A stretch of 61,123 nucleotides of DNA, counting the filler. It is 5 parts of 5 records of this genome, joined end to end, with 100 filler letters (N's around TTAATTAATTAA, not from the genome) between each part and the next. Parts side by side here need not be neighbours in the genome. Positions count along the whole stretch, not along the records: positions 47,761 to 55,132 come from SRR31147125_6856; positions 55,233 to 61,123 come from SRR31147125_6862; 3 more parts are not named here. The stretch is one strand, 5' to 3'. The notes under the pieces are model-generated. The model saw only the letters and a list, made by a program, of their open reading frames with translations. It was not told where the DNA came from and searched no databases. Of this stretch, positions 49,093 through 59,901 are shown one piece after another. The position numbers were made by a program, and so were the translations under genes. Each line of letters begins with the position of its first letter. The stretch's first letter is position 1.

Positions 49093-50907
49093 ATGATCAA
49101 AAAGTTCATTTTTACAATATTTATTATACTTACTACCTTATTAGCAGAAGCCGATACTGTAAAATTCAACATGTCAGGGCCAAGTGTTATTTCTGTTGGT
49201 GAGCAATTCAGGCTTTCATTTTCGCTTAACGAACAAGGAAGTGACCTTAAACTTCCGGCATTGCCAAATTTTGATATTTTAATGGGTCCCTCAAGCTCTT
49301 CAAGTTTTAGCTCACAAATTATTAATGGACAGATGACCCAAACCCGGTCGTTTTCATATACATTTATTCTTAGGGCAAAAGGAGAAGGAACATTTACCAT
49401 TCGTCCTGCATCAATTAAAGTAGATGGAAAAATTTATGAATCCAATGAGCTAAAAATCCAGGTTGTTAAAGGTCAGGCTCCTGCTGCAGGGAATCAACAA
49501 CAGCAAAACCAACAGCAATCTTCATCACCGACACAACTAAAGAAAGAAGATCTTTTTGTAAAAGTCGATCTAGACAAAAGCAATGTTTTTAAAGGTGAGC
49601 AGATTATTGCTACGGTTAAAATTTATGTTTCACCAAACGTTCCAATTACAAGTTTTGATGACGTAAAGCTCCCTTCATACGAGGGCTTCTGGACTCAAGA
49701 AATAGATATTCCAAATCAAATTAGTTTCGCCAGAGAAGTATATAATAATAAAATATATCAGGTTGGGGTATTAAAAAAGACGATCCTTTTTCCACAACAA
49801 ACAGGAAGAATTAAAATTGATCCGTTTGAAATCACCTGCCTAGTTCGCCAACGTGTTCGTCAGCAACGCAGCTTCTTCGATGATTTTTTCGATAATTACA
49901 GAACAATACCTGCTAAAGTTATAAGCGACCCGGTTACAATTCGTGTTAAGGAATTGCCTTCGCCTCCTTCAAGTTTTTACGGTGCAGTTGGTAACTTTAA
50001 TTTTTCAGCATCAATTGATAAAACTGAGCTAAAATCAAACGAAGCGATTACTTTAAAAGTTAACATTTCGGGAAGTGGCAACCTTCGTTTAATTGAAGCT
50101 CCAAAGCTCAACCTTCCAACCGATTTTGAAGTTTACGATCCTAAAACAACAGATCGATTAAATGCTACAAATAATGGTTTGAATGGGAGTAAATCGTTTG
50201 AATACCTATTTATTCCCCGTTTTGCAGGCGAGTACAATATCCCTGCAATTCAATTTGCTTTTTTCAATCCTGCAACTGGAAAATATGTTTACAAAACATC
50301 ACCCGAATTTACACTTCAGGTATCCAAAGGCGATGATGAACAATCAACCACAGTCACGAGTGCTTTTTCAAAAGAAGATGTTCGTTTTATTGGCAAAGAC
50401 ATTCGCTACATCAAGCAAAATCAATATAAGCTAAAGCCTGTAGCTGCTACATTCTACGGAAGCTCTCTATTTTATTTTAGCTACTTCGGAAGTTTACTGA
50501 TATTTGCATTACTAGCTTTGATTTATCGTAAGAAGCTAAAGGAAAATGCAAACGTTCAACTCATTCGAAACAAGCAAGCAAATAAGATTGCTCGCAAACA
50601 TTTGAAAAAAGCTGCTACGTTCTTAAAACAACAAAAAAATGAGGAATTCTACGAGGCTGTACTTAAAGCCTTCTGGGGCTATTTAAGTGATAAACTAAGT
50701 ATTCCTGTTGCTGATCTTAACCGTGACTATGCAGTAAGTTCACTTCAAGAAAGACAAGTAAGTAACGAGTTAACAGATGAGCTAATTAGCATTATTGACA
50801 CGTGCGAATTTGCCCGATATGCACCTAGTGCAGCCGGAGGAACCATGGATGAACTTTACAACAAATCAGCTTCATTAATGGGTAAACTTGAAAAACAAAT
50901 TCGTTAA
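49093..50907 (+). CDS. batD: BatD-family protein
   Basis: GEQFRLSF, ILMGPS, FWTQEI, GAVGNF, FEVYDPK, DIRYIK, CEFARYAP. Start placed at MIKK (49093). Confidence 0.93.
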   Translation: MIKKFIFTIFIILTTLLAEADTVKFNMSGPSVISVGEQFRLSFSLNEQGSDLKLPALPNFDILMGPSSSSSFSSQIINGQMTQTRSFSYTFILRAKGEGTFTIRPASIKVDGKIYESNELKIQVVKGQAPAAGNQQQQNQQQSSSPTQLKKEDLFVKVDLDKSNVFKGEQIIATVKIYVSPNVPITSFDDVKLPSYEGFWTQEIDIPNQISFAREVYNNKIYQVGVLKKTILFPQQTGRIKIDPFEITCLVRQRVRQQRSFFDDFFDNYRTIPAKVISDPVTIRVKELPSPPSSFYGAVGNFNFSASIDKTELKSNEAITLKVNISGSGNLRLIEAPKLNLPTDFEVYDPKTTDRLNATNNGLNGSKSFEYLFIPRFAGEYNIPAIQFAFFNPATGKYVYKTSPEFTLQVSKGDDEQSTTVTSAFSKEDVRFIGKDIRYIKQNQYKLKPVAATFYGSSLFYFSYFGSLLIFALLALIYRKKLKENANVQLIRNKQANKIARKHLKKAATFLKQQKNEEFYEAVLKAFWGYLSDKLSIPVADLNRDYAVSSLQERQVSNELTDELISIIDTCEFARYAPSAAGGTMDELYNKSASLMGKLEKQIR

Positions 50908-50925
50908 TATTTAATTGAAGAAGAA

Positions 50926-51675
50926 ATGAAAACCATTTTTCATACGATAGTGGCACTTCTAATTTCAGTCGGTTCATTTGCTCAAAATGCAGTATTGGAA
51001 GAAGCCAACAAGCATTATACTTCTGAAGAATTCAGTTTGGCTATTGAAGGCTATGAAAAACTTTTGACGACTGATGTTGAATCAGCAGAAGTTTATTACA
51101 ATCTTGGTAACTCCTATTACAAAATAGGACAAGTAACTAGAGCAATATTAAATTACGAACGTGCAAAGTTATTAGCTCCAACCGATGAAGACATCCAGTT
51201 TAACCTTGATTTAGCAAATCAACACGTTGTTGATGCAATTGAGCCACTCCCTCAGGTATTCTTTATACGATGGTGGGAAAATTTAACGAACTTGGCAACA
51301 GTTGATAACTGGGCACGAATTAGTGTAATCTGTTTTATACTGTTCTTAATATTAGCAGGCTTCTTTATTTTCACTAGAAATATTTCGACTAAAAGATTTT
51401 CATTTTGGTTTGGAATTCTATTTATACTGGTAACCATTTTGAGCTTCAATTTTGCGGCATCGCAAAAAAAGCACTTGACACAACAAGAATATGCAATTGT
51501 CACTCAACCCAGCACAACTGTAAAAAGCTCTCCATCAGAAACTGGAACCGATATTTTTGTTATTCATGAAGGACTAAAAGTTCAGGTAAAAGATAGTCTT
51601 GGAAGTTGGAGGGAAATTCGATTGGCTGATGGAAACCAAGGGTGGTTACCTGCGAGTAGCATTGAACAAATCTAA
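50926..51675 (+). CDS. batE: BatE TPR/SH3 protein
   Basis: YYNLGNSYYK...AILNYERA, TM pair, IHEGLKV...W.EIRLADG..GW SH3-like domain. Confidence 0.93.
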   Translation: MKTIFHTIVALLISVGSFAQNAVLEEANKHYTSEEFSLAIEGYEKLLTTDVESAEVYYNLGNSYYKIGQVTRAILNYERAKLLAPTDEDIQFNLDLANQHVVDAIEPLPQVFFIRWWENLTNLATVDNWARISVICFILFLILAGFFIFTRNISTKRFSFWFGILFILVTILSFNFAASQKKHLTQQEYAIVTQPSTTVKSSPSETGTDIFVIHEGLKVQVKDSLGSWREIRLADGNQGWLPASSIEQI

Positions 51676-51682
51676 ATCACAC

Positions 51683-51706
51683 ACCGGCAACAACAGCCGG
51701 TTTTTT
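51683..51706 (+). terminator. Intrinsic terminator after batE
   Basis: ACCGGC-N7-GCCGGT followed by a T tract. Confidence 0.7.
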
Positions 51707-51769
51707 ATTTTATAGAAATTAATCACAACCATTTTTAATTGAAGTTGTTTTACTCATAAATTTTTAATC

Positions 51770-52639
51770 ATGGCTTATAATTTATTGAAAGGCAAACGAG
51801 GAATCATATTTGGAGCGTTAAACGCAGATTCAATTGCCTGGAAAGTTGCTGAACGTGCTTTTGAAGAAGGCGCTACATTCACCCTAACCAATACATCCGT
51901 TGCCCTGCGTATGGGAGATACTGCGAAACTGGCTGAGAAGTGCAATACTGAACTTGTTGCTGCTGATGCCACCAATGTGGAAGACATTGAGAATCTATTT
52001 AAAAAATCGATGGAAATATTAGGAGGTAAAATTGATTTTGTTTTACACTCCATCGGAATGTCACCAAACGTACGTAAAGGTCGTCATTACAGTGATCTGG
52101 ATTACAACTACCTGCAAAAGACATTGGATGTTTCTGCGATCTCGTTTCACAAAACATTACAAGTAGCCCGTAAGATGGATGCTATTAGCGAATGGGGTTC
52201 TGTTGTTGCTCTTTCCTATGTTGCAGCACAACGAACGTTCTACGGCTATAACGATATGGCTGATGCAAAATCGTTGCTTGAATCAATCGGACGTAGCTTT
52301 GGCTATATATATGGACGTGAACGCCATGTTCGGATTAATACCATTTCACAATCTCCTACCCCAACCACAGCAGGTGGCGGTGTAAAGGGATTTGATCGAT
52401 TGATGGACTTTTCTGAACGGATGTCACCATTGGGTAATGCCACTGCAGATGATTGTGCAGATTATTGCATTACGCTATTCTCTGATCTAACCAAGAGGGT
52501 TACCATGCAGAATCTTTTCCATGATGGTGGCTTTTCATCAATGGGAATGAGCCTGCGTGCTCTTATTCAGTATGAAAAAGGATTGGGTTGTGATTGCGAT
52601 TGTGGCGATGCAAATCCTGAAGATCACAAGTTTGATTAA
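51770..52639 (+). CDS. fabI: Enoyl-ACP reductase (Bacteroidota FabI type)
   Basis: MAYNLLKGKRGIIFGAL..SIAW, LHSIGMS, YNDMADAK, QNLFHDGGFSS. Confidence 0.93.
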   Translation: MAYNLLKGKRGIIFGALNADSIAWKVAERAFEEGATFTLTNTSVALRMGDTAKLAEKCNTELVAADATNVEDIENLFKKSMEILGGKIDFVLHSIGMSPNVRKGRHYSDLDYNYLQKTLDVSAISFHKTLQVARKMDAISEWGSVVALSYVAAQRTFYGYNDMADAKSLLESIGRSFGYIYGRERHVRINTISQSPTPTTAGGGVKGFDRLMDFSERMSPLGNATADDCADYCITLFSDLTKRVTMQNLFHDGGFSSMGMSLRALIQYEKGLGCDCDCGDANPEDHKFD

Positions 52640-52657
52640 TTCAAAAATTCAGATATT

Positions 52658-52692
52658 AAAAAAGCGGTTCACATTAAATGAACCGCTTTTTT
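52658..52692 (+). terminator. Intrinsic terminator after fabI
   Basis: A6-GCGGTTCA...TGAACCGC-T6. Confidence 0.8.
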
Positions 52693-52756
52693 AATACCTC
52701 TTCTTTTTATACTAATTTCTCTTTTGCATGATTTTTGTTGTATTTCAAAAAATTAA

Positions 52757-53119
52757 ATGATCATGAAAACAACAACACTTGCCTTTTTCATATTAATATC
52801 AACCACTTTATTCTCTCAAAGCAAGATTGACTCAGCAGTTCAAAATGAATCATTAACATTGAACCTTAAAAATATTCGATTACCGAAGAAAACTGACAAA
52901 AACATTGAAATATATAAACTGCCAGAATTCAAGAGCCAGTTGAACGATTCACTCCTTCTAAGAATTCCTAAAAATCCAGAGCCCAATATGCTTTCATTTA
53001 AGAAACAGGAAGATATTTATAATATGCCGATTCTTGTCCCTGACATACAACTTAATATGCCCATAATGATTCCTGACACAACAATTGATTACAAACTTAA
53101 GATACATACAGGGGGTTAA
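52757..53119 (+). CDS. Secreted hypothetical protein
   Basis: Signal peptide; repeated NMPI..PD motif. Confidence 0.65.
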   Translation: MIMKTTTLAFFILISTTLFSQSKIDSAVQNESLTLNLKNIRLPKKTDKNIEIYKLPEFKSQLNDSLLLRIPKNPEPNMLSFKKQEDIYNMPILVPDIQLNMPIMIPDTTIDYKLKIHTGG

Positions 53120-53177
53120 ATAAAAAAAGGTGACACTCATTTAAAGATGCCACCTTGAATTCATTTAGTATTAGTTC

Positions 53178-54482
53178 TTAAGCTTGTTCTAGTAAAAAGC
53201 TTTTAAATTCATCAAAGTCAGCCCCTAACGGAATCGACAGTTTTTCTCCTTTCATAAACTCAGCAAGCTTTTCTGGAAGTGGAACTTTCCCTACTCCAAC
53301 AATTTGCTCAACTGTTTCAGTGAACTTCGCAGGATGAGCAGTCTCAAGAAACACTCCTACTTCCCCATCTAACAAATCTTGATCTAAAGCTTTATAACCA
53401 ATTGCACCATGCGGATCAGGTAAATAAGCATACTTGTTGTAAACATCTTTTACTACTTCTTTAATCTCAGCATCGGAATAACGATAGCCTTTCATTTCGC
53501 TTGAAATAGCATCATGAGAATGCTCATATAAATCAAGAATTCGTGCAAAATTGCTTGGATCTCCAACATCCATTGCATTGGCTATGGTTTGCACTGAGGG
53601 TCGAGGCTCGTACTTTCCATTTTGGAGATAGTTATATACAATATCGTTTTCATTATTGGCTGCAATGAAGCGTTTAATAGGCAAACCCATTTTTTTTGCA
53701 AACAATCCGGCAGTCAGGTTACCGAAATTTCCACTAGGCACAGAGACAACCACGTCTTCTGAAATCCCTTTCTCACGCAAACGTGCGTATGCATTAAAAT
53801 AATAAAAAGCCTGGGGTAGAAATCGAGCCACATTGATGGAGTTGGCAGAAGTAAGCGTTAACGCTGATTTCAAACCATCATCCATAAAAGCTGTTTTTAC
53901 CAATCGCTGGCAATCGTCGAAAGTACCATCAATTTCAATGGCTGTAATATTTTGTCCAAGTGTAGTGAACTGCTTCTCCTGAATTTCAGACACCTTCCCT
54001 TTCGGATAAAGTACATAAACATGAATCCCATTAACACCCAAGAATCCATTCGCTACAGCACTTCCAGTATCACCCGAAGTAGCTACAAGTACACTCACCT
54101 GTTCTTTATTGCCTTTTAAAAAATAACTCAACAAACGAGCCATAAACCGTCCCCCAACATCTTTAAATGCCAGAGTTGGTCCATGAAATAGCTCCAAAGA
54201 ATAAATATTATCATTTACATGCTCAATAGGGCAATCAAAACTTAATGTATCGTAAACAATCTCTTTCAAATCAGCTTCAGGAATATCTTCACCAAAAAAC
54301 TTTTTAGCAACTTCAAATGAAATTTCCTGAAACGACATTTTATGAATATTTTCAAAAAAGTCTGCTGGCAAAGCTTCTATACGCTCTGGCATAAAAAGAC
54401 CTTTATCATCTGCCAATCCTTTTACTACCGCATCTTTTAACGAAACTTCTGAAACGGTTTTATTTGTACTGTAATACTTCAT
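53178..54482 (-). CDS. thrC: Threonine synthase
   Basis: MKYYSTN, GLADDKGLFMP, ELFHGPTLAFKD, ATSGDTGSA, SANSIN, VPSGNFGNL, TAHPAKF. Confidence 0.98.
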   Translation of the reverse strand: MKYYSTNKTVSEVSLKDAVVKGLADDKGLFMPERIEALPADFFENIHKMSFQEISFEVAKKFFGEDIPEADLKEIVYDTLSFDCPIEHVNDNIYSLELFHGPTLAFKDVGGRFMARLLSYFLKGNKEQVSVLVATSGDTGSAVANGFLGVNGIHVYVLYPKGKVSEIQEKQFTTLGQNITAIEIDGTFDDCQRLVKTAFMDDGLKSALTLTSANSINVARFLPQAFYYFNAYARLREKGISEDVVVSVPSGNFGNLTAGLFAKKMGLPIKRFIAANNENDIVYNYLQNGKYEPRPSVQTIANAMDVGDPSNFARILDLYEHSHDAISSEMKGYRYSDAEIKEVVKDVYNKYAYLPDPHGAIGYKALDQDLLDGEVGVFLETAHPAKFTETVEQIVGVGKVPLPEKLAEFMKGEKLSIPLGADFDEFKSFLLEQA

Positions 54483-54543
54483 ACCTAATGTATACTTTTG
54501 ATGAGACACACAAACGTATATCTTCAAATATCTTTACTATATA

Positions 54544-55132
54544 TTATTTTAATAAGGCTTTCATAAACTCAGAACCATGCAATAATCCAAAACTTCCTTC
54601 TTCAACAGTAAACTCATCATAGTTTTCTACAGAGTCCGCTTCTACTTCAGGATTATAAACAATAAATGGAACTGGATCTTTTGTATGAACTGTTGTAGCG
54701 CAAGGTGTTGGATGATCTGGCAAAACCGCAATCGTTACAGGTTCATTCATTTTTGCAGTTTCTTCAACCAGATATTTAACAACTCGTTGATCGAGGTATT
54801 CGATAGTTTTTGTTTTTAACTCAACATTTCCCTCATGACCAGCTTCATCGCTTGCCTCAATGTGCAAATAAATCAGATCGTTATTTTTCAATGCATCAAT
54901 AGTTGCCTGCGCCTTACCTTCATAATTCGTATCGTACAATCCCGTTGCTCCTTCAACCTTAATAACATCCATCCCAGCATAAACTCCAATTCCCTGAATC
55001 AAATCTACTGCAGAAATCACAGCTGATTTTTCAATCCCAAACATTTCTTTCAATGTCGGCATCTGAGGTTTATAACCAGGAGACCATGGCCAAATACTAT
55101 TTGCCATATCCTTCCCGGAAGCCTTTCTTTTT
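54544..55132 (-). CDS. Cofactor-independent phosphoglycerate mutase (ApgM family), C-terminal part
   Basis: ANSIWPWSPG, GATGLYDTNYEGK, HIEASDEAGHEG, LPDHPTP...H..DPVPF; commonly upstream of thrC in Bacteroidota. Confidence 0.92.
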
Positions 55133-55232
55133 NNNNNNNNNNNNNNNNNNNNNNNNNNNNNNNNNNNNNNNNNNNNTTAATTAATTAANNNNNNNNNNNN
55201 NNNNNNNNNNNNNNNNNNNNNNNNNNNNNNNN
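55133..55232. other. Artificial contig linker
   Basis: N44-TTAATTAATTAA-N44. Confidence 0.98.
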
Positions 55233-56664
55233 AAAAATTTCCCTCTTCCTTGAGAATCCCGACAGGCGCGGCGCATGTTAGAATAATTTCATCTCGATCA
55301 TTAAAATAGTCGTCATGCAGTACAGTCTCATTGACCAGGATTCTGGCGTGGTGATCAGGAGAGGGTGATGCCAGGGTCGTTCCCTTGAGCTTTATACGGA
55401 TCTGCACCGAGTCCTGAACTTCTGTCAATCCCACTAAATCAAAAGGCTTTCGAACACGTGTCCCTGGTAAAATAAATTTTTCCCATACCCAACCTTCACC
55501 TGGAACTTGTTCGGTTTCATGGATCTCAAGATCCGAATCCCCATGATAATAATCGAGATCCTTTTCAAGATGAAAAGTGAAAGGAAAAGTATCTGTTTCC
55601 GGACCTGAGATGCTCCCGCTGGCAACAGAATTATACCGCAGTCCGTCTTCGCCGCCCCAGGTTAACCAATAAACGTTTGTATCCGTATAAGCAAAATAAT
55701 AATCATCCTCACCGGATAAGCGCTCTGCATAAAAAAGGATCCTGTCTCCTGAATCAAACGTACCATCCTCCATTCCCACAACCTGGCAGGCCCCTTCCAC
55801 ACCATTATGAAAAAGTTGAATCGTTTCAGGTAATATCGAGCTGATATTCACATTCCTTTCCATCAACTCATTCCCGGAAATAGAATAAATGCCCTCATCA
55901 ACAAGATATAACTTGACATAAGGCGCTGTCGCATTATACCACTTTTGGGGAGATGGCGTAGACACACCTGGAACCGAACTTACTGAATGTCCATATCCCA
56001 AGCTGGCGCGAGCCATTTTTTCAAGTCCCTGGTCAAGAATGGAACCTGCAGATTGAGTCTTGCCAATACCTGCTTGTGCATCAACCAGGATCTCGGCTTT
56101 GAGATATCTCAGATGGCGAATAGAGCCGGCAACCGGATTATATTGGATGGGAGAAATAGCTAGCCGTAAATAAGATAAATCACGCGCCTTGCCATATTCT
56201 CTGTGCAAAAAACGGTCCGGGAAATATCGAAAAGTTTGATATATCTCCGGATCTTCATCGTATTGCTTCAGGATATCCTGACTTTTTGGATCTTGCCGAT
56301 AAGCAGGTCCCGGGCAGATACGATTTGTACTTGTTGTTGTAACGACCGAATCAAGTATAACAATTCTTTCATTTTTTCCGGAAAATTCAAACAGGTTTGC
56401 AATGATCGGCAGTATTGGCTGGCCTTCATTTTGTTGTAAAGGAGAGGATAAAAGTTGTGGAATCACATAATCCTGAGCATTGGCCCGAACCATCTGCCAG
56501 TCAAGGTCGGGAGAAGTCCACTCGAAAACAATGCTGTTCGCGGATTTTTCCAGCACTCGAAAACCGGGAAAATCCCTGGCAGCCACGACGGAATAAAAAC
56601 AAAAAACAATCCCCCAAAAGATGATTGTCAAAAAAACTCTTTTCATTCTTGTGCTCGTTTCCAA
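55233..56664 (-). CDS. C25 (gingipain/PorU-like) family secreted protein, N-terminal part
   Basis: Signal peptide; propeptide-like GQPILP...PIQYNPV; KLYLVDEGIYSI...DGTFDSGDRILFYA...YTDTNVYWLTW. Confidence 0.75.
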
Positions 56665-56982
56665 CTCCCGTATAGAATCCCCTCATAGTAAGAATCATTT
56701 CGCTTGAAGAATCACCGACACTGTTCATTCACACGGCTACGTGTCTCATTTACACAATTTGATGACAGGTAACGTTCATTTTTTTACATTTAAGAAAGAT
56801 TTTTAACAGGGTTACAGGATATGTCCATCAGGTTTCATGATTAGTTTTGTAGACACGAATTTCACATCCAGGCTTTGTGCTTTACTCCTGCTAGCTATTG
56901 TCCAGACCGTTAAAAAAATATTCCTTTAACGGAAGAACCTGACATATTTTTTCAACTCGAGAATACTATTCATGTTTCATAC

Positions 56983-57990
56983 TTAGTGAAATTTTTCCAT
57001 AATATAACTGTAAATTGTAAAGTCCGTATGAATACCCTGTGCTACCAGAAATGCCAAAATGCCCAGTATAAGACTCATACTGATCATACACAGAGCTGCA
57101 CCAGGTTGACTCAGACCAAGCCGGACCAGGCGATGATGTATATGTTCCTGATCCGCGTGAAAAGGATGAATACCTCTTCTCAATCTGCGGGAAACTGCCA
57201 AAACCGTATCCGTGATAGGAACGCCCAATAACAATAAAGGAACAATCACAGCAATTTTCCCGGGAGCAACGGCTGATGCTTCCATGGCTATACATGACAA
57301 CACGAATCCTATTGAAAGACTTCCGGAATCTCCTAAAAATATGGATGCAGGATGCAAATTATAGCGTAAAAAACCAATAACAGCACCGGCAAGCAGAACA
57401 GATAGAATAATAATAAAAGCATTACCAAATAAAATAGCAATAGCAATAGCAACAAGTGCGATACCCAGGGCAATTCCGGAAGCCAGTCCGTCAAGCCCGT
57501 CTATTAAATTCATGGCATTGATCACACTCACCATCCATAGTACAGAAACAGGATAGGAAAAAACCCCTAAATTGATTTCCACAATCATTGGCAACACCAG
57601 AGTCTCAATGCGCCAGCCATAATAAACCGCTACGGAAGCAACAATAAATTCTGTTACCAACTTTAAATTACAATTCAGATCGACTTTGTCATCCAATGTA
57701 CCTAAAAACAGGATAATCAGGGAACCAAAGACAAGGCTGGCAAGCTGAGGTATATGAGATAAAAAGAGGCTTTGGTCCAGAAATCCGACAACGATCAATC
57801 CTGAAACAATGGACAGAATGATCGAGATACCTCCCAACTTTGGCACATCACCTTTATGCACTGTACGGTGATTCGGATTTGCAAAAACATGATATCGGGT
57901 TGCCACCCGACGGACATATGGCGTCAGCAAAAGCGAAACAAGACAAGTGGTGCAAAAATAAACCAGTACTTTTATCATTAATATCCCCAA
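56983..57990 (-). CDS. MraY/WecA/TagO-family undecaprenyl-phosphate GlcNAc-1-P transferase
   Basis: PKLGG, GTLDD, NAMNLIDGLDGLA, IFLGDSGS, DQEHIHHRL. Confidence 0.93.
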   Translation of the reverse strand: MGILMIKVLVYFCTTCLVSLLLTPYVRRVATRYHVFANPNHRTVHKGDVPKLGGISIILSIVSGLIVVGFLDQSLFLSHIPQLASLVFGSLIILFLGTLDDKVDLNCNLKLVTEFIVASVAVYYGWRIETLVLPMIVEINLGVFSYPVSVLWMVSVINAMNLIDGLDGLASGIALGIALVAIAIAILFGNAFIIILSVLLAGAVIGFLRYNLHPASIFLGDSGSLSIGFVLSCIAMEASAVAPGKIAVIVPLLLLGVPITDTVLAVSRRLRRGIHPFHADQEHIHHRLVRLGLSQPGAALCMISMSLILGILAFLVAQGIHTDFTIYSYIMEKFH

Positions 57991-58137
57991 TAACTGTTAT
58001 CATGTAAAAGATGTTTATGGTACGACCACGTTTAATGACCGCTACGACTTTATCACATAACCTTTAAATTATTAAAAGCCTGTTCCAATAGCTTGTAGAC
58101 ATACAAACTTTCTGGCAAAATCAAAATAGTTTACTTG

Positions 58138-59304
58138 TCACGATCCCGATAAATCTTTGTACAACTTTTCGATCTTTTCGACCATGACCTGCTTATCCCA
58201 GTCATCAGTCACTTTCAAACGTCCTTTTTTTCCCATTTCCCGTGCTTTTTCCGGATGATTAACAAGGAAAGACAACTTTTCGGATAACCGGGTAACATTT
58301 TTCAAAGGCACAACATAGCCATTTTCTCCATCAACGACCAGTTCCCGAGCTCCCTCGATATCAAACGTAATAATGGGTTTTCCAATAGCACTGCACTGCA
58401 CCAGAACACGTGGTAATCCTTCCCATAAGGATGATAATACAAAAACATCCATAGCACACAGAACATCTTCAATGTCAGTACGATGCCCTAGAAAATGGAC
58501 ATTTTGTTCCAGTCCTATTTTTTTTGTATAACTTTTCAGATCATTTCCATAATAGCCATTACCAGCGATTAAAAATTTTACACTTTGATTCGTTTGCATA
58601 ATACGTAAGGCGGCATCCAGAAAATAGGTATGCCCCTTTCTTGGCTCCAATCTTGAGGCAGATCCGATTACAATATCCGAATCTACAAGTCCATGTTCTC
58701 TACGAACAGCGTGCCTGCGATGAAGAATCTCCTCTTCAGATAACCTGAAACGGGACATATCAAATCCACTGCGAATGGTCACATAGTCATTTTCGTGTCC
58801 TACCCCAGCTTCAAGATATCTCTTTTTTAAATCTTCACCGACAGTAATGGTTTTGTCGGTAATCTTGATAGCTTTTCGCTCAAGAAATCGGTACAGCCGG
58901 TTCATCATTGGGTGAAGATTTTCGTGAAAAGTTGAGCCATGTAACGTATGAACGATAATGGGAACCCGGCACAGCCTGGCTGCAAACCGACCCAAAATAC
59001 CCGCCTTGGCTGTGTGAGTATGAACAATATCGTAACGATTCCGGATAATCAAAGAACAAATCCTGATAAAAGCCACAACATCATACAATGGATGCAATTC
59101 CCTGACAAGTTGAGGCAGAACAATAACACGATGTGACGAAAGACAATCTACCTGTTCTTCTTCGGATTGGCGACCGATTAATAGATCAACCTCATAACCC
59201 TTTTCATTCAAACCCTCAACGGTAAAAAGAGTATTTTCGTCTGCTCCGCCACTGACAAGTCGGGTGATTATATGTAATACTTTTTGACTGCTTGTATTCT
59301 TCAT
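58138..59304 (-). CDS. GT4 glycosyltransferase
   Basis: LHIITRLVSGGA, VHTHTAKAGILGR, SSLWEGLPRVLVQ, DGENG. Confidence 0.93.
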   Translation of the reverse strand: MKNTSSQKVLHIITRLVSGGADENTLFTVEGLNEKGYEVDLLIGRQSEEEQVDCLSSHRVIVLPQLVRELHPLYDVVAFIRICSLIIRNRYDIVHTHTAKAGILGRFAARLCRVPIIVHTLHGSTFHENLHPMMNRLYRFLERKAIKITDKTITVGEDLKKRYLEAGVGHENDYVTIRSGFDMSRFRLSEEEILHRRHAVRREHGLVDSDIVIGSASRLEPRKGHTYFLDAALRIMQTNQSVKFLIAGNGYYGNDLKSYTKKIGLEQNVHFLGHRTDIEDVLCAMDVFVLSSLWEGLPRVLVQCSAIGKPIITFDIEGARELVVDGENGYVVPLKNVTRLSEKLSFLVNHPEKAREMGKKGRLKVTDDWDKQVMVEKIEKLYKDLSGS

Positions 59305-59901
59305 TTACACAATTCGTACTTGATTATCTTAATAAAAAACAAGTCCTGCTTACTGTTCCACACATCCGGTTTTGAGAATTAACTATTTTTAGAAATCTGA
59401 TATGTAAGGTGTTAGTTATCAAAAATTTCCTTGATCCCGCTAACTTTTAAACCGAAATAGTGTACCAGTCTAGCTCAACTGTATCATAATATATCTAATA
59501 AAATTATACATCTGGGAAAAATAAATGGCATGCAATTGTCTGTCATAGGCAAAAAATAGTGGTTTCTATCATATCCATCTTGCCACTCATCGACGAAATT
59601 TTGTACAATCCCTCTAATTATTTATAAACAAAACAAATTTAACGGATCGGTTCGTGATTAAAATGTTTTATGTTATTAGTAATAATAATGTTAGTTTGCA
59701 AATTAAACAATATTTAATAAAATTCAAATAAGAAAAATAAAAGAAATTCAATTACAAATATGTAGATCAAATTCGAAAGAAAAATAACTAAAAATTCGTG
59801 TATGTTATTTAAAGCTCAATTTACTGAGACATTTAGACACGATCTCAGGTAAATGGGAACGTTAAGGATTAGGTAACAAAAATTATTCCAAACTGAAAAA
59901 T

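Noticed and set aside
56966-57295. Ser/Tyr/Cys-rich 109-aa ORF that could look like a RiPP precursor
   Set aside because: It is an alternative frame overlapping the WecA-like gene, and no modification enzymes are nearby.
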